64,000 bases of DNA from Schizosaccharomyces osmophilus (lineage: Eukaryota): NCBI RefSeq assembly GCF_027921745.1, contig NC_079239.1, positions 1,860,001 through 1,924,000 of the forward strand, written 5' to 3'. Below the pieces are notes generated by a model. The model was given only the letters and a program-made list of their open reading frames with translations. It made no database searches and was not told the origin of the DNA. Made by a program: the position numbers and the translations under genes. This document shows positions 36,919-48,091 of the stretch, one piece after another. How positions within the stretch are numbered: the first letter of the stretch is position 1; the number at the start of each line of letters is the position of its first letter.

Positions 36919-38424
36919 CTATAAAAAGTAACGAAAGTCATCAGCATAATCACCAGTCAAGGTGGGATCAAACATACCACGAGCGCATCGTTCGTCACGC
37001 TTATTATTAGCATATCTCAATGAAAAGAGTAAGACGATGTAACCGATTAATCCTACCAAAACGCAACCCAGCGTAAAGGAATGACCCAGGATATATCGAG
37101 GAGCACTTTTGGATTGATAAATTTGCCCGGCAATGATACCGGAGCTATTGGCTATGGTTTGTTGAATTCCTATTGCGGTTGCTCGTTTGTAATGTCCTGC
37201 AACATTGTTATTGAGCCAACCTAAATTCATTCCCGGACCTATATAGCAACCGATGGCGACAATAAAACAAGCTGTAAACTTGGCTGCATTCGAATTACTT
37301 GCTATGAGGATAACGTAGCCGACAGCTGAAACGAGGGAAGCGCTGATTAAAAAGGGCGAACGAATTTTTGTACGATCAGAGGCATAAGCAACCACAAGGA
37401 AGGCAAGGACACCGGAGACATAGACAGGGATTGTCATGTAATTTGACTGAAGACCCGTGAATCCCAAATCTTTAACAATGGTTGGTAAGAAGGAGGAAAA
37501 GCCATACAAAACCATATCTGCGCAAAACTGACTAACAGCAGATACATAAATCTTGGGATCTTTGAATGATTTACGAACTTCTTGCCAATCAAACTTTTGT
37601 TGGCCGAGATATCGTAAATTCGCTTCGTTGCGAAGACGAGCAACTTGTCTTTCTTGCGGATTCAAGAACCACGATTTCTCTATATTGTCCGGCAGCAAAA
37701 AGAGGGAAAGTGGAACACCTATAAAAGAAATCAGGCCTTCCACAATGTATATCCATTGCCATCCAGCCATATTTCCCACATGGACCTGTTCGAGAGCATA
37801 AGCAAAAAGGCCACCAAAGGCGCCGGCTAAACCAGATGCGCAAAACAAATATGATAGACGTTGGCATTGTTCTTCTCTCGAGTAAACAGTGGTCAAATAA
37901 AGACTGAGGGCAGGAAACAAGCAACCCTCCAACAAACCGAGAATAAGACGGGTGATGATGAGACCACCATAACTAGAAACGAATCCAGAACTTAGGACCA
38001 CAATACTCCATGCCAATGAAATAAAGGCAAGCATTCGAGAAGGTCGTACGTATTTTACCAGAATGACGCTGGGTGTTTCGACAAGAATATACAGGACATA
38101 AAAGATACTAATGGCAACATTAAACCGTTCATTATAAAGTTTTAAGGAGTCGCTCATACCAGCGACAGAAGCGTTGCCAATGTTGGAGCGGTCCAAAAAG
38201 GCCATTAAATACAAAAAACCAATGATGGGTGAAATCACAAGGTCCATTTTTTTCAGTGCACTTTTTTCGATGTTTTTGTCAATGACAGTTTCTACCTCTC
38301 CCGACTCAAAACTATCGACTCTCTGCTGTACACTTTGCTTTTTCTCCATGCTACCCCTATCATCTTGAGCCGAGGTCGTTATACTTTTCGGGTAAGAAGA
38401 CTTTACAGACTCAGAATCGACCAT
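36919..38424 (-). CDS. MFS transporter, anion:cation symporter (Dal5/Tna1-like) family
   Basis: About 12 hydrophobic helices; AFLDRSNIGNA, RLILGLLEG, GWQWIYIVEG, NNVAGHYKRA, DFRYFL. Confidence 0.92.
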   Translation of the reverse strand: MVDSESVKSSYPKSITTSAQDDRGSMEKKQSVQQRVDSFESGEVETVIDKNIEKSALKKMDLVISPIIGFLYLMAFLDRSNIGNASVAGMSDSLKLYNERFNVAISIFYVLYILVETPSVILVKYVRPSRMLAFISLAWSIVVLSSGFVSSYGGLIITRLILGLLEGCLFPALSLYLTTVYSREEQCQRLSYLFCASGLAGAFGGLFAYALEQVHVGNMAGWQWIYIVEGLISFIGVPLSLFLLPDNIEKSWFLNPQERQVARLRNEANLRYLGQQKFDWQEVRKSFKDPKIYVSAVSQFCADMVLYGFSSFLPTIVKDLGFTGLQSNYMTIPVYVSGVLAFLVVAYASDRTKIRSPFLISASLVSAVGYVILIASNSNAAKFTACFIVAIGCYIGPGMNLGWLNNNVAGHYKRATAIGIQQTIANSSGIIAGQIYQSKSAPRYILGHSFTLGCVLVGLIGYIVLLFSLRYANNKRDERCARGMFDPTLTGDYADDFRYFL

Positions 38425-39246
38425 CTTTCCAAAGCAGCAATCCTATAGTATGATTATTCCTTTTTCAGAAAACATAAACAATCAATCAATCAATTCCAAC
38501 TTTCGTTACAAACAAGTACCAAAAAAGCCGAAACAAGATATGCTTGAATTGTGGAAAAATTATCCAAAAGTCCTAAAGATCCAAAGTTGTTTTCCTTTAA
38601 TGCTATGAACTTCAATTCTTATATATTGAGTCAAAGTATTCTTTAAGGGTTTATAACTCCAATATCAAGAAGCTCCAACTCTTCTTTATGAAGCATCATG
38701 AGCTCCTCATGCGATGTGGTGGCTCACACAAGATACCAAGCTACTTGACGCTTTTCCCACACCTCTATATTTCATCAACAGGAGCTCCATGTCCGACAAT
38801 GGTGTGCAGACTATCAGTTACTTCAGAGGTAACACCGATAGTCAGATACGAATTGATCTTTGTCAGAAAAACCACCATCTTGAGAGAAACTTGTGAATTT
38901 AAAAGACGAAAAAGGACGAAATGGAAGCATAAAAGATTGTACTTTTGAAGAGAGCTTTTTTTGTGTGAGCCTGTGGAATACGGTGAGCTGAACTGAAGTG
39001 TGTGTGGTGGATAAGGAACGCTGCTATAAAGATCCAAAGGTAAAAGTGGTAAATTCTGAATTTCGGAACTTTTTTTAAAAAGAAGGAAATATATATATAT
39101 ATTAAAAATAGAATTGTCGTGCTTTGGATTCCTAAACGATTTTCGGACGATTAGTAAAGACGACTTTAAATATATAGGATTTTGGTTCCAATTAGTAACC
39201 ATTGATTAAGGTTTAAGTGTTTGAGTCAAATCTTTGCATCTAAACT

Positions 39247-40137
39247 ATGAACGAGGTTCTTGGCATTTCTTCTGTTCAGCAAAGTTTGAGCGTTATACAA
39301 AACGAAAAACAAAATTTCCATACTACAAATGTTCCAAGTTACAAGACGCGTTCACAATTTTCTCCCAATGACATTCGTAAACTCATTCGAAATCGCCAAT
39401 TCACGGTCTCCACAACTGGATGGGCTGATGGCTACGTCCAGGCTAATTTACTAGTCTTACCGACAAAATATGCTGATGACTTTCGTAACCTGTGTCTTCG
39501 AAACCCTGTTCCATGTCCGTTGCTCGGAGAGACAGCTGCTGGTAATCCCACCGAGTTTTCTTCATCATCTTTAGCGGCCAATGCCAATTTGGCTACAGAC
39601 ATCCCCTTTTACTGTGAATACATCGATGGTAAGTTCTCGAAGGAATTGACTTGCATTTCAAGCCAATGGAACAGCTCGTATGTTGGTTTTTTAATCGGCT
39701 GCTCGTTTTCCTTCGAAGCGGCTCTTGTTGCTGCCAATTTAGTCCCTCGTCATCTCCCTAGCGGAAATCCTCCTCCCATGTTCAAGACAAATCTTCGTCT
39801 TTGTCCATCTGGAGTGTTTTCAGGTACCTTTGTTGTTTCAATGCGTCCATATAAGGAAAAAGATATTCCTCTTGTACGCCGTATCACTGCCGCGTATACC
39901 AACTGCCATGGAGAACCGGTTGCCTGGGGCTGGGATGGAGCAAAGCAACTTGGCATCGAAAATGTCATGCTGCCTGACTATGGCTTCCCAGTCCAACTCC
40001 AGAAAGATGAAGTTCCTGTGTTTTGGGGATGCGGAGTCACGCCTCAAAACGTTGTCATGATGTCGAATTTAACAGAACCTGTTTACTCTCATAAACCTGG
40101 CTATATGTTTCTCACAGATTTGCAACACGGTTTTTAA
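39247..40137 (+). CDS. DUF1445 / YcsI family protein (D-glutamate cyclase-like domain)
   Basis: GYVQANL, RNPVPCPLL, GFLIGCSFSFE, VVSMRP, HGEPV, PVFWGCGVTPQ, HKPGYMF. Confidence 0.9.
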   Translation: MNEVLGISSVQQSLSVIQNEKQNFHTTNVPSYKTRSQFSPNDIRKLIRNRQFTVSTTGWADGYVQANLLVLPTKYADDFRNLCLRNPVPCPLLGETAAGNPTEFSSSSLAANANLATDIPFYCEYIDGKFSKELTCISSQWNSSYVGFLIGCSFSFEAALVAANLVPRHLPSGNPPPMFKTNLRLCPSGVFSGTFVVSMRPYKEKDIPLVRRITAAYTNCHGEPVAWGWDGAKQLGIENVMLPDYGFPVQLQKDEVPVFWGCGVTPQNVVMMSNLTEPVYSHKPGYMFLTDLQHGF

Positions 40138-40366
40138 GAAAATCTCGCTCAAAAAATCTTTTTTTTTTTTTTTTTCTAGGTGAAAGAGCGTTTTTGTTAT
40201 GGATATGGAATGATTGCGCTTCCATCTGTCTCCTGGAGTAGTATTTTTCTCTTATTCTCACTTTCACTCCCTTTTCAATTTAAAAAAGTACAATACATCC
40301 TCTGCTCTCTATGTATAAGAATAAAAAATATAATTCGTTGTATGTTCTTCGTCAATCGTCCTCTGA

Positions 40367-40368
<2 letters not shown>

Positions 40369-40407
<39 letters not shown>
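40369..40407. repeat. Poly(dA) tract (~39 nt)
   Basis: Homopolymer run seen directly. Confidence 0.85.
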
Positions 40408-40409
<2 letters not shown>

Positions 40410-40697
40410 ACTTGCACTTAAATCCTGCGAAAGTTAGTTGAAAACTTAGGTCGTAACTCTTTAATGCATTACATGTCACCGTCTTCCTTTTGCTTTTCTT
40501 TCCTTGGGTTGCTCTTAGTAGATTGTCTTCCATACTACTTCCAATTGTGTCACCATTACATCGTTTAAAAATAAAAGACGTTTACAAGTGATTTAGCGAA
40601 ATCGGTTCAGAAATAAAGTAGTTCTATGGGTGGTGAGGTGGTTACTTCTCATACCTTGACTGATTGAATTTCCACTCTTCATAATACCACATTGACC

Positions 40698-41363
40698 ATG
40701 CCTACCTCAAACACGCCATTGGCACAGGAAAAAACTGTGTATTTAATCCGACATGGACAAGCACTTCACAATGTAGGTCCCGATGAAGACCATTCAATCC
40801 GTGATCCTGTTTTGACTGACTTGGGAGTCGAACAATCGAAAGAATTATCCAAGCTGTTGGCTGATAAAAAGGTCCAAATTGATGCCATCGTTTGTTCTCC
40901 AATGCGCCGTACACTACAAACCATGGACCTCGGCTTGAAGCAGTATCTTGCAAAACAAGGCGTCGATAAAATTCCTGTTTATATCAACCCTTTGTTTGAA
41001 GAAGTAGGCAGTTTGCCTTGTGATATTGGCTTGGAAATCCCAGACCTCTCCCGTGCGTACCCTCAGTATGATCTCAAGGCCTGTTATGACGGTATTTATC
41101 CAAAGAAAGAAGATATTTATGCTGAAGACATCGACATCAGCGTCGTCAGACATAAGTTTGCTTTGGAGTACTTGTCTGCCCTTCCCCATAAAAGTATTGC
41201 TGTTGTGACCCATAGCGCTTTTATTCGCTTCTTGTTGAAAAAAATGGCTCCAGGTGTTGACATTAACTTTTTACCTCCTGAAATGACTTTTGATAATTGT
41301 GAATTTCGTGAATATATTTTGAAACCTGATGGCAAGGAATTCAAACTTCACGACGTCGAATAA
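40698..41363 (+). CDS. Histidine phosphatase / phosphoglycerate mutase family protein
   Basis: LIRHGQ catalytic motif, CSPMRRT and VVTHS. Confidence 0.9.
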   Translation: MPTSNTPLAQEKTVYLIRHGQALHNVGPDEDHSIRDPVLTDLGVEQSKELSKLLADKKVQIDAIVCSPMRRTLQTMDLGLKQYLAKQGVDKIPVYINPLFEEVGSLPCDIGLEIPDLSRAYPQYDLKACYDGIYPKKEDIYAEDIDISVVRHKFALEYLSALPHKSIAVVTHSAFIRFLLKKMAPGVDINFLPPEMTFDNCEFREYILKPDGKEFKLHDVE

Positions 41364-42232
41364 GTCGGAAAAGCCTAGTAATTTATGTTTTGCGCCATTG
41401 ACCTTTTTATTTCATTATAGAAGCAATCGTGCATTATGAGGCAGAAAATATATGATATACTCATCTATTGAGCTGTAGTTACTTCCATTATTCTTCGATG
41501 AAGGGATATTGGATAAATTTATGAAATTAGTTTATCAATGAATTTTCTAAAACTACTAAGCCTTTGTTGGGCAAAGAATGTAGGGTATTTGGAACTCCCT
41601 TAATATATAATAAATAAATCTAATCCTGTTTCTAGTAAAAGGCCAACAAAATCTTACAGAACTGATCATTAAAAATTTAAAATGAAAGAAAACCTTTCAA
41701 TGAATTGATTTCCTCTTTTTCTAACCCAAAAACTGAAAGGTTTCCATCGTTTTTTCAAAGAGAATATCATATAATGAGTAACGTAATTACCAAGTCATTT
41801 ATTTACTGTTTATGTAGTTTCAAAAAGGAACATCGGAAATCATCCCTTCCTGAATTGAGAGATTGTTTGGAATAGATACCTTTCTTAATAGTTCAGTAGA
41901 AGAAGTTTATGGTCCCTTTTCAATTTCTTAGATGCTTTCCTGGATGCTCACCAAAGATTCAATTTCTGACCCTTGGTACCGAAAAAAGGACAATGCGATG
42001 AGAAGGATGAATATATCGGACGAACATTCTTTAGCAATCGACTCAAAGTAATGAACGTTGAAGCCTCCGCGAAACACTTGTTCGTACAGCATACAGCCGC
42101 CACATAGTTTAGTCAAGTTTCGCCATCATGTATTTCTGGTATGAATAGCTGCAGCAATCATTGTACCTTTGCCTATTAAAATTTCACAGCGGATTTGAAG
42201 GAGCTATAGGTTTCGAGTTGTTTCGCTGTAAA

Positions 42233-43405
42233 ATGTCCAAAAGCAAATTGTTTAGGGCAATACAGGTGGGAAATATGCTTCTAAGACATAGAATTGTACA
42301 CGCTCCGATGACTAGATTGCGAGCCACTGACGATGGATTCGTTACCAAATTGATGACCGAATATTATACTCAAAGGTCATGTATCCCAGGATCATTGATG
42401 ATTTCAGATGCAACATTCGCAGGAGAAAAGTCTGGCGGATACCCAAATAACCCTAGGTGTTTCACAGAAGAACATGCAAAGGCTTGGATTCCTGTCACGA
42501 ATGCTATCCACCGAAACAAATCTTATCTATTTATGCAGCTTTGGCCTTTACCCGGAGAAATCAAGGATGAATATAGAGAAGACCCAGAAAAATTAAAGGA
42601 GATCGCATACAATGACTGCCCTATGGATCCACTTGGCTTACCTGCTGGTGTCGAGTCCTTCGATACCGTTCAAGGAATAAACATTTACAAGAAAAAGTAT
42701 GTAAGCAAAACAGATATACAAGAATATATCCATGATTTTGTCAATGCAGCTTCTTTAGCTACCCACGTCGCAAAGGCAGATGGAGTGGAGCTTCATCAAG
42801 CGAATGGGTTTTTACTAGACCGATTCGTCCTCGGTGGTTTAGGCGATCAATGTGATCCAGATTATCGAGGACCACTTGAGAATCGGTGTCGATTTGCTTT
42901 GGAAGTTTTGGAAGCCGTTACTCAAGAAATTGGACAAGAAAGAGTTGGATATAGGATCTCACCGTATTCGGCTTGGGCGTTACAAACTGACACCAGGGAG
43001 ACTCATATATATTTAATGAAGGAGATTTCTAAGCGTTTTCCAAAGCTGGCCTATATTCATGCGATTGAACCCCGACAATATTGGAGTGGTCATAAGAGGA
43101 TAAAGTCTGAAGTAAATACATTTTACCTACAAAAGTATTGGAAAGGACCATTTATTACTGCTGGTGGCTATGATCCCGAGTCGGCCATGGAAGCCGCAGA
43201 CGAACGAGGCACATTAGTAGCCTTTGGCAGACAATATATTGCAAACCCAGATTTGGTATATCGTGTTCACAATAATTTACCTTTAAATCCTTACAAGCGC
43301 TCTGAATTCTACACACCTAAGAGTACTTTAGGCTACATTGATTATCCATTTAGCCAAGAGTATCTAACTGCAACGAAAGAAAGACAACCTAATGAGGGAA
43401 AATAA
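42233..43405 (+). CDS. Old Yellow Enzyme family NADPH:flavin oxidoreductase
   Basis: HRIVHAPMTRLRA, DGVELHQANGFLL, ENRCRF, GYRISP, FGRQYIANPDLV, GYIDYP. First ATG at 42233. Confidence 0.92.
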   Translation: MSKSKLFRAIQVGNMLLRHRIVHAPMTRLRATDDGFVTKLMTEYYTQRSCIPGSLMISDATFAGEKSGGYPNNPRCFTEEHAKAWIPVTNAIHRNKSYLFMQLWPLPGEIKDEYREDPEKLKEIAYNDCPMDPLGLPAGVESFDTVQGINIYKKKYVSKTDIQEYIHDFVNAASLATHVAKADGVELHQANGFLLDRFVLGGLGDQCDPDYRGPLENRCRFALEVLEAVTQEIGQERVGYRISPYSAWALQTDTRETHIYLMKEISKRFPKLAYIHAIEPRQYWSGHKRIKSEVNTFYLQKYWKGPFITAGGYDPESAMEAADERGTLVAFGRQYIANPDLVYRVHNNLPLNPYKRSEFYTPKSTLGYIDYPFSQEYLTATKERQPNEGK

Positions 43406-43643
43406 CAAATACATGCCATGAAGAACATAATGTCCTCCCTTTATTTTCTTATGGATGCTATTCATGAATAAGGATTGTTCAGAAATGCAATCCTAACTTT
43501 ATTAAGATATTCATTGTTCGATGCTGGCGGGTAAAAGTCAGCGAATGTGAGTTGATATGGACATTAAAAACGCACAAAGGAAGGACATTCTATCTTTCCA
43601 AAAAGACCCAGGAATATCATTTAATGAGCAAAACCCTTTCCGT

Positions 43644-44234
43644 CTAATAAGCAGGCAGAACTTTTTGTAAATGGAGCTTATAAGCGGATATATAAGACTC
43701 TACCTGAGGGTTTTTAATGACATCGTTCGCCGTGAAGGAAGGTAACGAGGTCATTGCCAAAAACTCGTGAGCCTTATGAACAGGGTACAAGACATTGTCG
43801 ACGCCACGGCCATCAAAGAAATTTCCAAACTCGTGGAAGGCCTCAAAGGGAGCATTCCAGGTAGTGGAAAGCATGTAAGATTTACCATGCAAAAGACCAC
43901 CTTTACCATAGTTCTTGGTAGGACTTGTACGAGAACGGCCGTCGCTTGCAAAGAGCTTTCCGAATCCTACAGTAAAGACTTCGTCAATGTATTTCTTTAA
44001 AGGCCAGGGAAGACCCATCCACCATCCGGGAAATTGATAGAGGACAACGTCAGAAGAAGCAAACTTTTCAATCTCTTCTTCAATAACATAGCCTTTGGTA
44101 ACAATTGTCTCATGAACTGTATGGCCTAAACCCGTCAAAGTCTCATTGGCAACACCTTGAAGCGTTTCGCTTAATTTGCCCTGGCTGTGACCAAAAGGGT
44201 GAGAACCGTTAACAAGCAAAATTTTCAATCCCAT
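43644..44234 (-). CDS. MdaB-like NAD(P)H:quinone oxidoreductase (flavodoxin-2 fold), bacterial type
   Basis: KILLVNG, QFPGWWMGLPWPLKKYIDEVF, ASDGR, YGKGGL, YMLSTTWNAP and ANDVIKNP closely match enterobacterial MdaB as recalled. Confidence 0.9.
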   Translation of the reverse strand: MGLKILLVNGSHPFGHSQGKLSETLQGVANETLTGLGHTVHETIVTKGYVIEEEIEKFASSDVVLYQFPGWWMGLPWPLKKYIDEVFTVGFGKLFASDGRSRTSPTKNYGKGGLLHGKSYMLSTTWNAPFEAFHEFGNFFDGRGVDNVLYPVHKAHEFLAMTSLPSFTANDVIKNPQVESYISAYKLHLQKVLPAY

Positions 44235-44758
44235 TGTTCCTTTTAAGCAATCCAAAAGGTCTGTAAAATGCAATGGTAGATGAAGGATGGTTTTATGAAA
44301 CAGCGCTTTTATAAGTGCAGAATGATGACACCTTCGCTAAATTGCTTATTCAGCAGATGTTGGTGGATATTACCAATCACGAACTTTTCATGTTTTTATT
44401 TGTATAAAATAATTAAATTAGTTTTGGATGCTTGAACAGAAAGCGATCAAGTCGTTCAGAAGGAAAAGCCGAATGTCTAAGTCTACATATGGTGTGGTAA
44501 TTTGAGAAACTACACAAGAACAGAAGAAATATAAGAATAAAAGAAAATAGTATAGAGACGATAGAGAATGGAATAAAGATTTCATTGCTATTGTAGGAAA
44601 TGCAGTATATACACTGAAGGTTGAATAACAGAAAGAGACTACTAGTCGACATATCTACAAAGTGAGAAGGAGAAAGAAGAAAAAGAGATGTACATTATAT
44701 GACGAATTAACGAAAGGAACGAAATATCCTGGATATAGGAAATGAGAGAAAGTTTGTT

Positions 44759-46078
44759 TTAGTAGGCAGCAGCAAAGATAGACTTGACTTCGTCCAGAGT
44801 AGGTTGAACAGGATTAGTAGCACCACAAGCATCCTTGGCAGCATTCTTAGAAAGCTCTTCAAAGTCCTTTTCTAAGATGCCCAAAAATCTGAGATAGGGC
44901 TTAATGCCTACTTGCTCATTCATATCTTTAATTTTTTCTATAGCAGCCTGAGCTGTGTGATCTTGGCAACCAAGTTGAAGAGCAACATCACCCAAACGAG
45001 AAGCTGCTCGAGCATCCTTTGTATTAAACAACTGGACATGAGGAAGCAAAATGGCATTGCATATACCATGGGGAATATTATAAAATCCACCAAGTTGGTG
45101 GGCCATAGCATGAACGTAACCCAAAGAAGCATTATTGAAAGCCATACCACCGAGGAATTGTGCATAGGCCATCTTTTCTCGAGCTTCTTGATCTTTGCCA
45201 TTGACAACAGCGCGTCTAAGATATTGACCGACGAGTTCTACACACTTGAGGGCACAGGCATCGGTAATGGGGTTCGCAGCAGTTGAAACATAGGCCTCGA
45301 CAGCATGGGTCAAAGCATCCATGCCAGTGGCAGCGGTCAAAGAAGGAGGAAGTCCATACATGGTTTCAGGATCGTTGACGGAAAGAACAGGCATAGTGTG
45401 CTTGTCAATGATGGCCATCTTTATGTGACGAGTTTCTTCGGTGATAATAGCAAAGCGAGTCATTTCACTAGCAGTTCCAGCGGTGGTGTTGACGGAAATC
45501 AAGGGCAATTGAGGCTTTAGTGATTTATCAACGCCTTCATAGTCAGCGATTTCACCGCCGTTCGTAGCAAGCAAGGCAATTCCCTTGGCGCAGTCATGAG
45601 CCGAACCGCCACCAATGGAAACAATAGAATCACAGCCAAATTCTTTGATGAGCTTTAAGCCATCCATGACATTGGTGACTGTTGGATTGGGTTGCACGCC
45701 ATTGTAAATATAAACAGTGGATCCACGTTCTTCCAAAAGGTCTTTGGCCCTATCGCAGAGGCCAATTTTAATGATGCCAGGGTCAGTTACAATAAGGACC
45801 TTTTTGTAACCGCTCAATTTGATTTGGTTCGCAGCTTCGACAAGACTACCTTTACCAAACAAGTTGAAGGAAGGAACGTAGAACGCACTAACTGGAGAAG
45901 ATCTGGCATGAGTGCTGGTGGAAAACGAATTATACGCCAAACCCGTGGCAAATGTTTTGTTCAGTTGAGAGTGACATGTCTTCCAAGACAAAGGTATAGC
46001 CGTAGAAAAAGAGTGAATAGAGCGAATGTTGCGACTCAATGAGGGTTGAACACGAGAAATCCAACGACGAATAAGCAT
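44759..46078 (-). CDS. adh4: Iron-type (family III) alcohol dehydrogenase with mitochondrial presequence
   Basis: [42 protein letters not shown]; Arg/Ser-rich N-terminus. Confidence 0.93.
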   Translation of the reverse strand: MLIRRWISRVQPSLSRNIRSIHSFSTAIPLSWKTCHSQLNKTFATGLAYNSFSTSTHARSSPVSAFYVPSFNLFGKGSLVEAANQIKLSGYKKVLIVTDPGIIKIGLCDRAKDLLEERGSTVYIYNGVQPNPTVTNVMDGLKLIKEFGCDSIVSIGGGSAHDCAKGIALLATNGGEIADYEGVDKSLKPQLPLISVNTTAGTASEMTRFAIITEETRHIKMAIIDKHTMPVLSVNDPETMYGLPPSLTAATGMDALTHAVEAYVSTAANPITDACALKCVELVGQYLRRAVVNGKDQEAREKMAYAQFLGGMAFNNASLGYVHAMAHQLGGFYNIPHGICNAILLPHVQLFNTKDARAASRLGDVALQLGCQDHTAQAAIEKIKDMNEQVGIKPYLRFLGILEKDFEELSKNAAKDACGATNPVQPTLDEVKSIFAAAY

Positions 46079-46432
46079 GATCAATAAGTTAAGCCTAGAT
46101 CTTCAAGAAAAGAAAAAAACAATAAATTTCAATTTTGAAATAAAATTTCAAAATCTTGGTCTCTTTCGAGCGATGAACCTCGTAGAGTAATGACAATCAA
46201 CCAAGTTTATGAAAAACGCGTCAACAAAACTTGCACTTTTGTTTCTTTATGCGCTTTCTTTTGATAAATCAAACTTGCTTTTAAATGGAAGTCCTAAATT
46301 TCAAAAAGACCCAATCAGATATACAAGGACAAAGTGGGTTTTCCAAGCTGAAATGTATATGGCTAAAGATATTGATGGGCTTCGTGGAGAAAAATTTAAA
46401 TCTCCATGATTTGCTTTGACGTACTGGTGGAG

Positions 46433-46541
46433 AATGATCAGCGAACGTTAAAATTTTCTCGGATCTCAGAGTAACGTCCAATCAATGCCTTAAGATAAGA
46501 TCGACGTCGCCGCGTTTCGACGATCATTAGTAAGATCTGCG
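46433..46541. promoter_or_regulatory. Cluster of Loz1 (zinc repressor) response element-like sites upstream of adh4
   Basis: CGACGATCATT at 46518-46528; reverse-strand CGTCGATCTT (46497-46506), CGCAGATCTT (46532-46541) and CGCTGATCATT (46433-46443); consensus CGN(A/C)GATCNTY. Confidence 0.65.
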
Positions 46542-47204
46542 TGTTTCGAAAATCATTTGCATTGGAGAAGAACGCTGGTACCTTCACAATGAAAAATAGG
46601 TTTTCTAACTTATAATAGTTGAAAGAATATGTGCATGGAGGCTTTTGTCCTTAGAAGAAACCCATCCGCTTTCTTTCTACGTTTGAAAAATTTCGTTGCA
46701 AATCCAGAAATCCACGATGATCATCAAAGATCCTCCTACAGATAATCTCAAAAGCTCTCTCTGCCCATCTTACGTCGCATTCTGAACATTCGTTGGGATT
46801 GTAAACCCTTGATAGGCTAATATATATAATCCTATCGAACCATTTTGGAAGTTTGAAAGAAAAAGAAAAACAAAAGAAATGCAAGGATTGAAAGAGCACA
46901 AGACTGTAGACATGAATGCATTCATGAAAATTAGTTACTCGTGAGGTGTTTGTTTCACTTTCCCCTACAGCAGTTCCTGCAATAGTGTTGATTCATTTGG
47001 TAGGATTTGTGTTGTGTATGTACTAAAAACAAGCTTTTTTACCCAGCCGTAACAAATATAAAATGATTTATTCTTTTCTTTTCATTGTTTTAAATTTCTA
47101 TCAAAGATTTTTCTTTGGCTTATCATTTGTAAGTTCTTTTTCTTTCTTGATGCTTTCCAATGTATCAACATTCAAGATGAATTGAAACTTAATTTTCGCA
47201 TTCA

Positions 47205-48071
47205 TTATTTTTGTATATCATAATGGCAGTTAATTTGGATATTATCAATTAATCTTGCCTTGCCCAACCAAGCTGCCGCAAGTAAAACCATGCGCTTGGT
47301 TTCATGGCTGCAAGACTCTAGAGAATCGGCGTCTCGAATTTCAATTTGGTCAGGAACAAACCCAAGTTTGCGCAATTCAGTATCGCAATCCTGAAACAAG
47401 GTAGCAAAGTCTCGATGGCCTTGAGTTACTTTCCTCACCACTCCAGATAATACCTCATACAGGTTAGGAGCAATCTTGAGCTGTTCTTCTGTTAAATAGC
47501 CATTTCTAGAACTCAACGCCAAGCCATTCTCACCACGAACAATCGGAACGCCGACGATCTCGATACCAAAATCCAAATCCGTTACCATCTTTCGTAGAAT
47601 CGCCAACTGCTGGAAATCTTTCTCGCCAAAGCATGCTATATCCGGTTGTACTATATGGAACAATTTGCTTACAATCGTCGTAACACCACGAAAATGTCCT
47701 GGGCGACTAGCACCTTCCAGCATTTCCGATAACTTTGGAGTTTCCACGAATGTAATTCCTGCAGAACCAGCCGGGTACAGCTCTTGCACTGTGGGCGTAA
47801 ATACTAAATCGACACACAAATCCTTTAGTTTTTCGCTATCCTCTTTTAACGTTTGAGGATAAGCATTCAAGTCGTTTTGGTTGTTGAATTGCATAGGATT
47901 GACGAAAATGCTAACTACCACTTTTGTTCCCATTTCCTTTGCCTTTTTCACCAATGTTAAATGACCCTCATGCAAATTGCCCATTGTTGGAACAAATGCA
48001 ATTCGTTCTCCTTGTTGTCGCCAAAATTGGATTCGTTCCCGAACCAACCCTTTTTTTCCTTCAATAATCAT
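47205..48071 (-). CDS. pan6: Pantoate-beta-alanine ligase (PanC)
   Basis: [51 protein letters not shown]. Confidence 0.96.
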   Translation of the reverse strand: MIIEGKKGLVRERIQFWRQQGERIAFVPTMGNLHEGHLTLVKKAKEMGTKVVVSIFVNPMQFNNQNDLNAYPQTLKEDSEKLKDLCVDLVFTPTVQELYPAGSAGITFVETPKLSEMLEGASRPGHFRGVTTIVSKLFHIVQPDIACFGEKDFQQLAILRKMVTDLDFGIEIVGVPIVRGENGLALSSRNGYLTEEQLKIAPNLYEVLSGVVRKVTQGHRDFATLFQDCDTELRKLGFVPDQIEIRDADSLESCSHETKRMVLLAAAWLGKARLIDNIQINCHYDIQK

Positions 48072-48091
48072 TTTATAATTTTACCTTGGTA

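Noticed and set aside
38688..39202. Small ORFs in the transporter/DUF1445 intergenic region
   Set aside because: No coding character; better explained as a divergent promoter.
48072..48091. PanB-PanC fusion by read-through or by splicing at GTAAAA
   Set aside because: The spacer is out of frame, read-through meets TGA, and the GT lies after the panB stop with no branch site or acceptor available.
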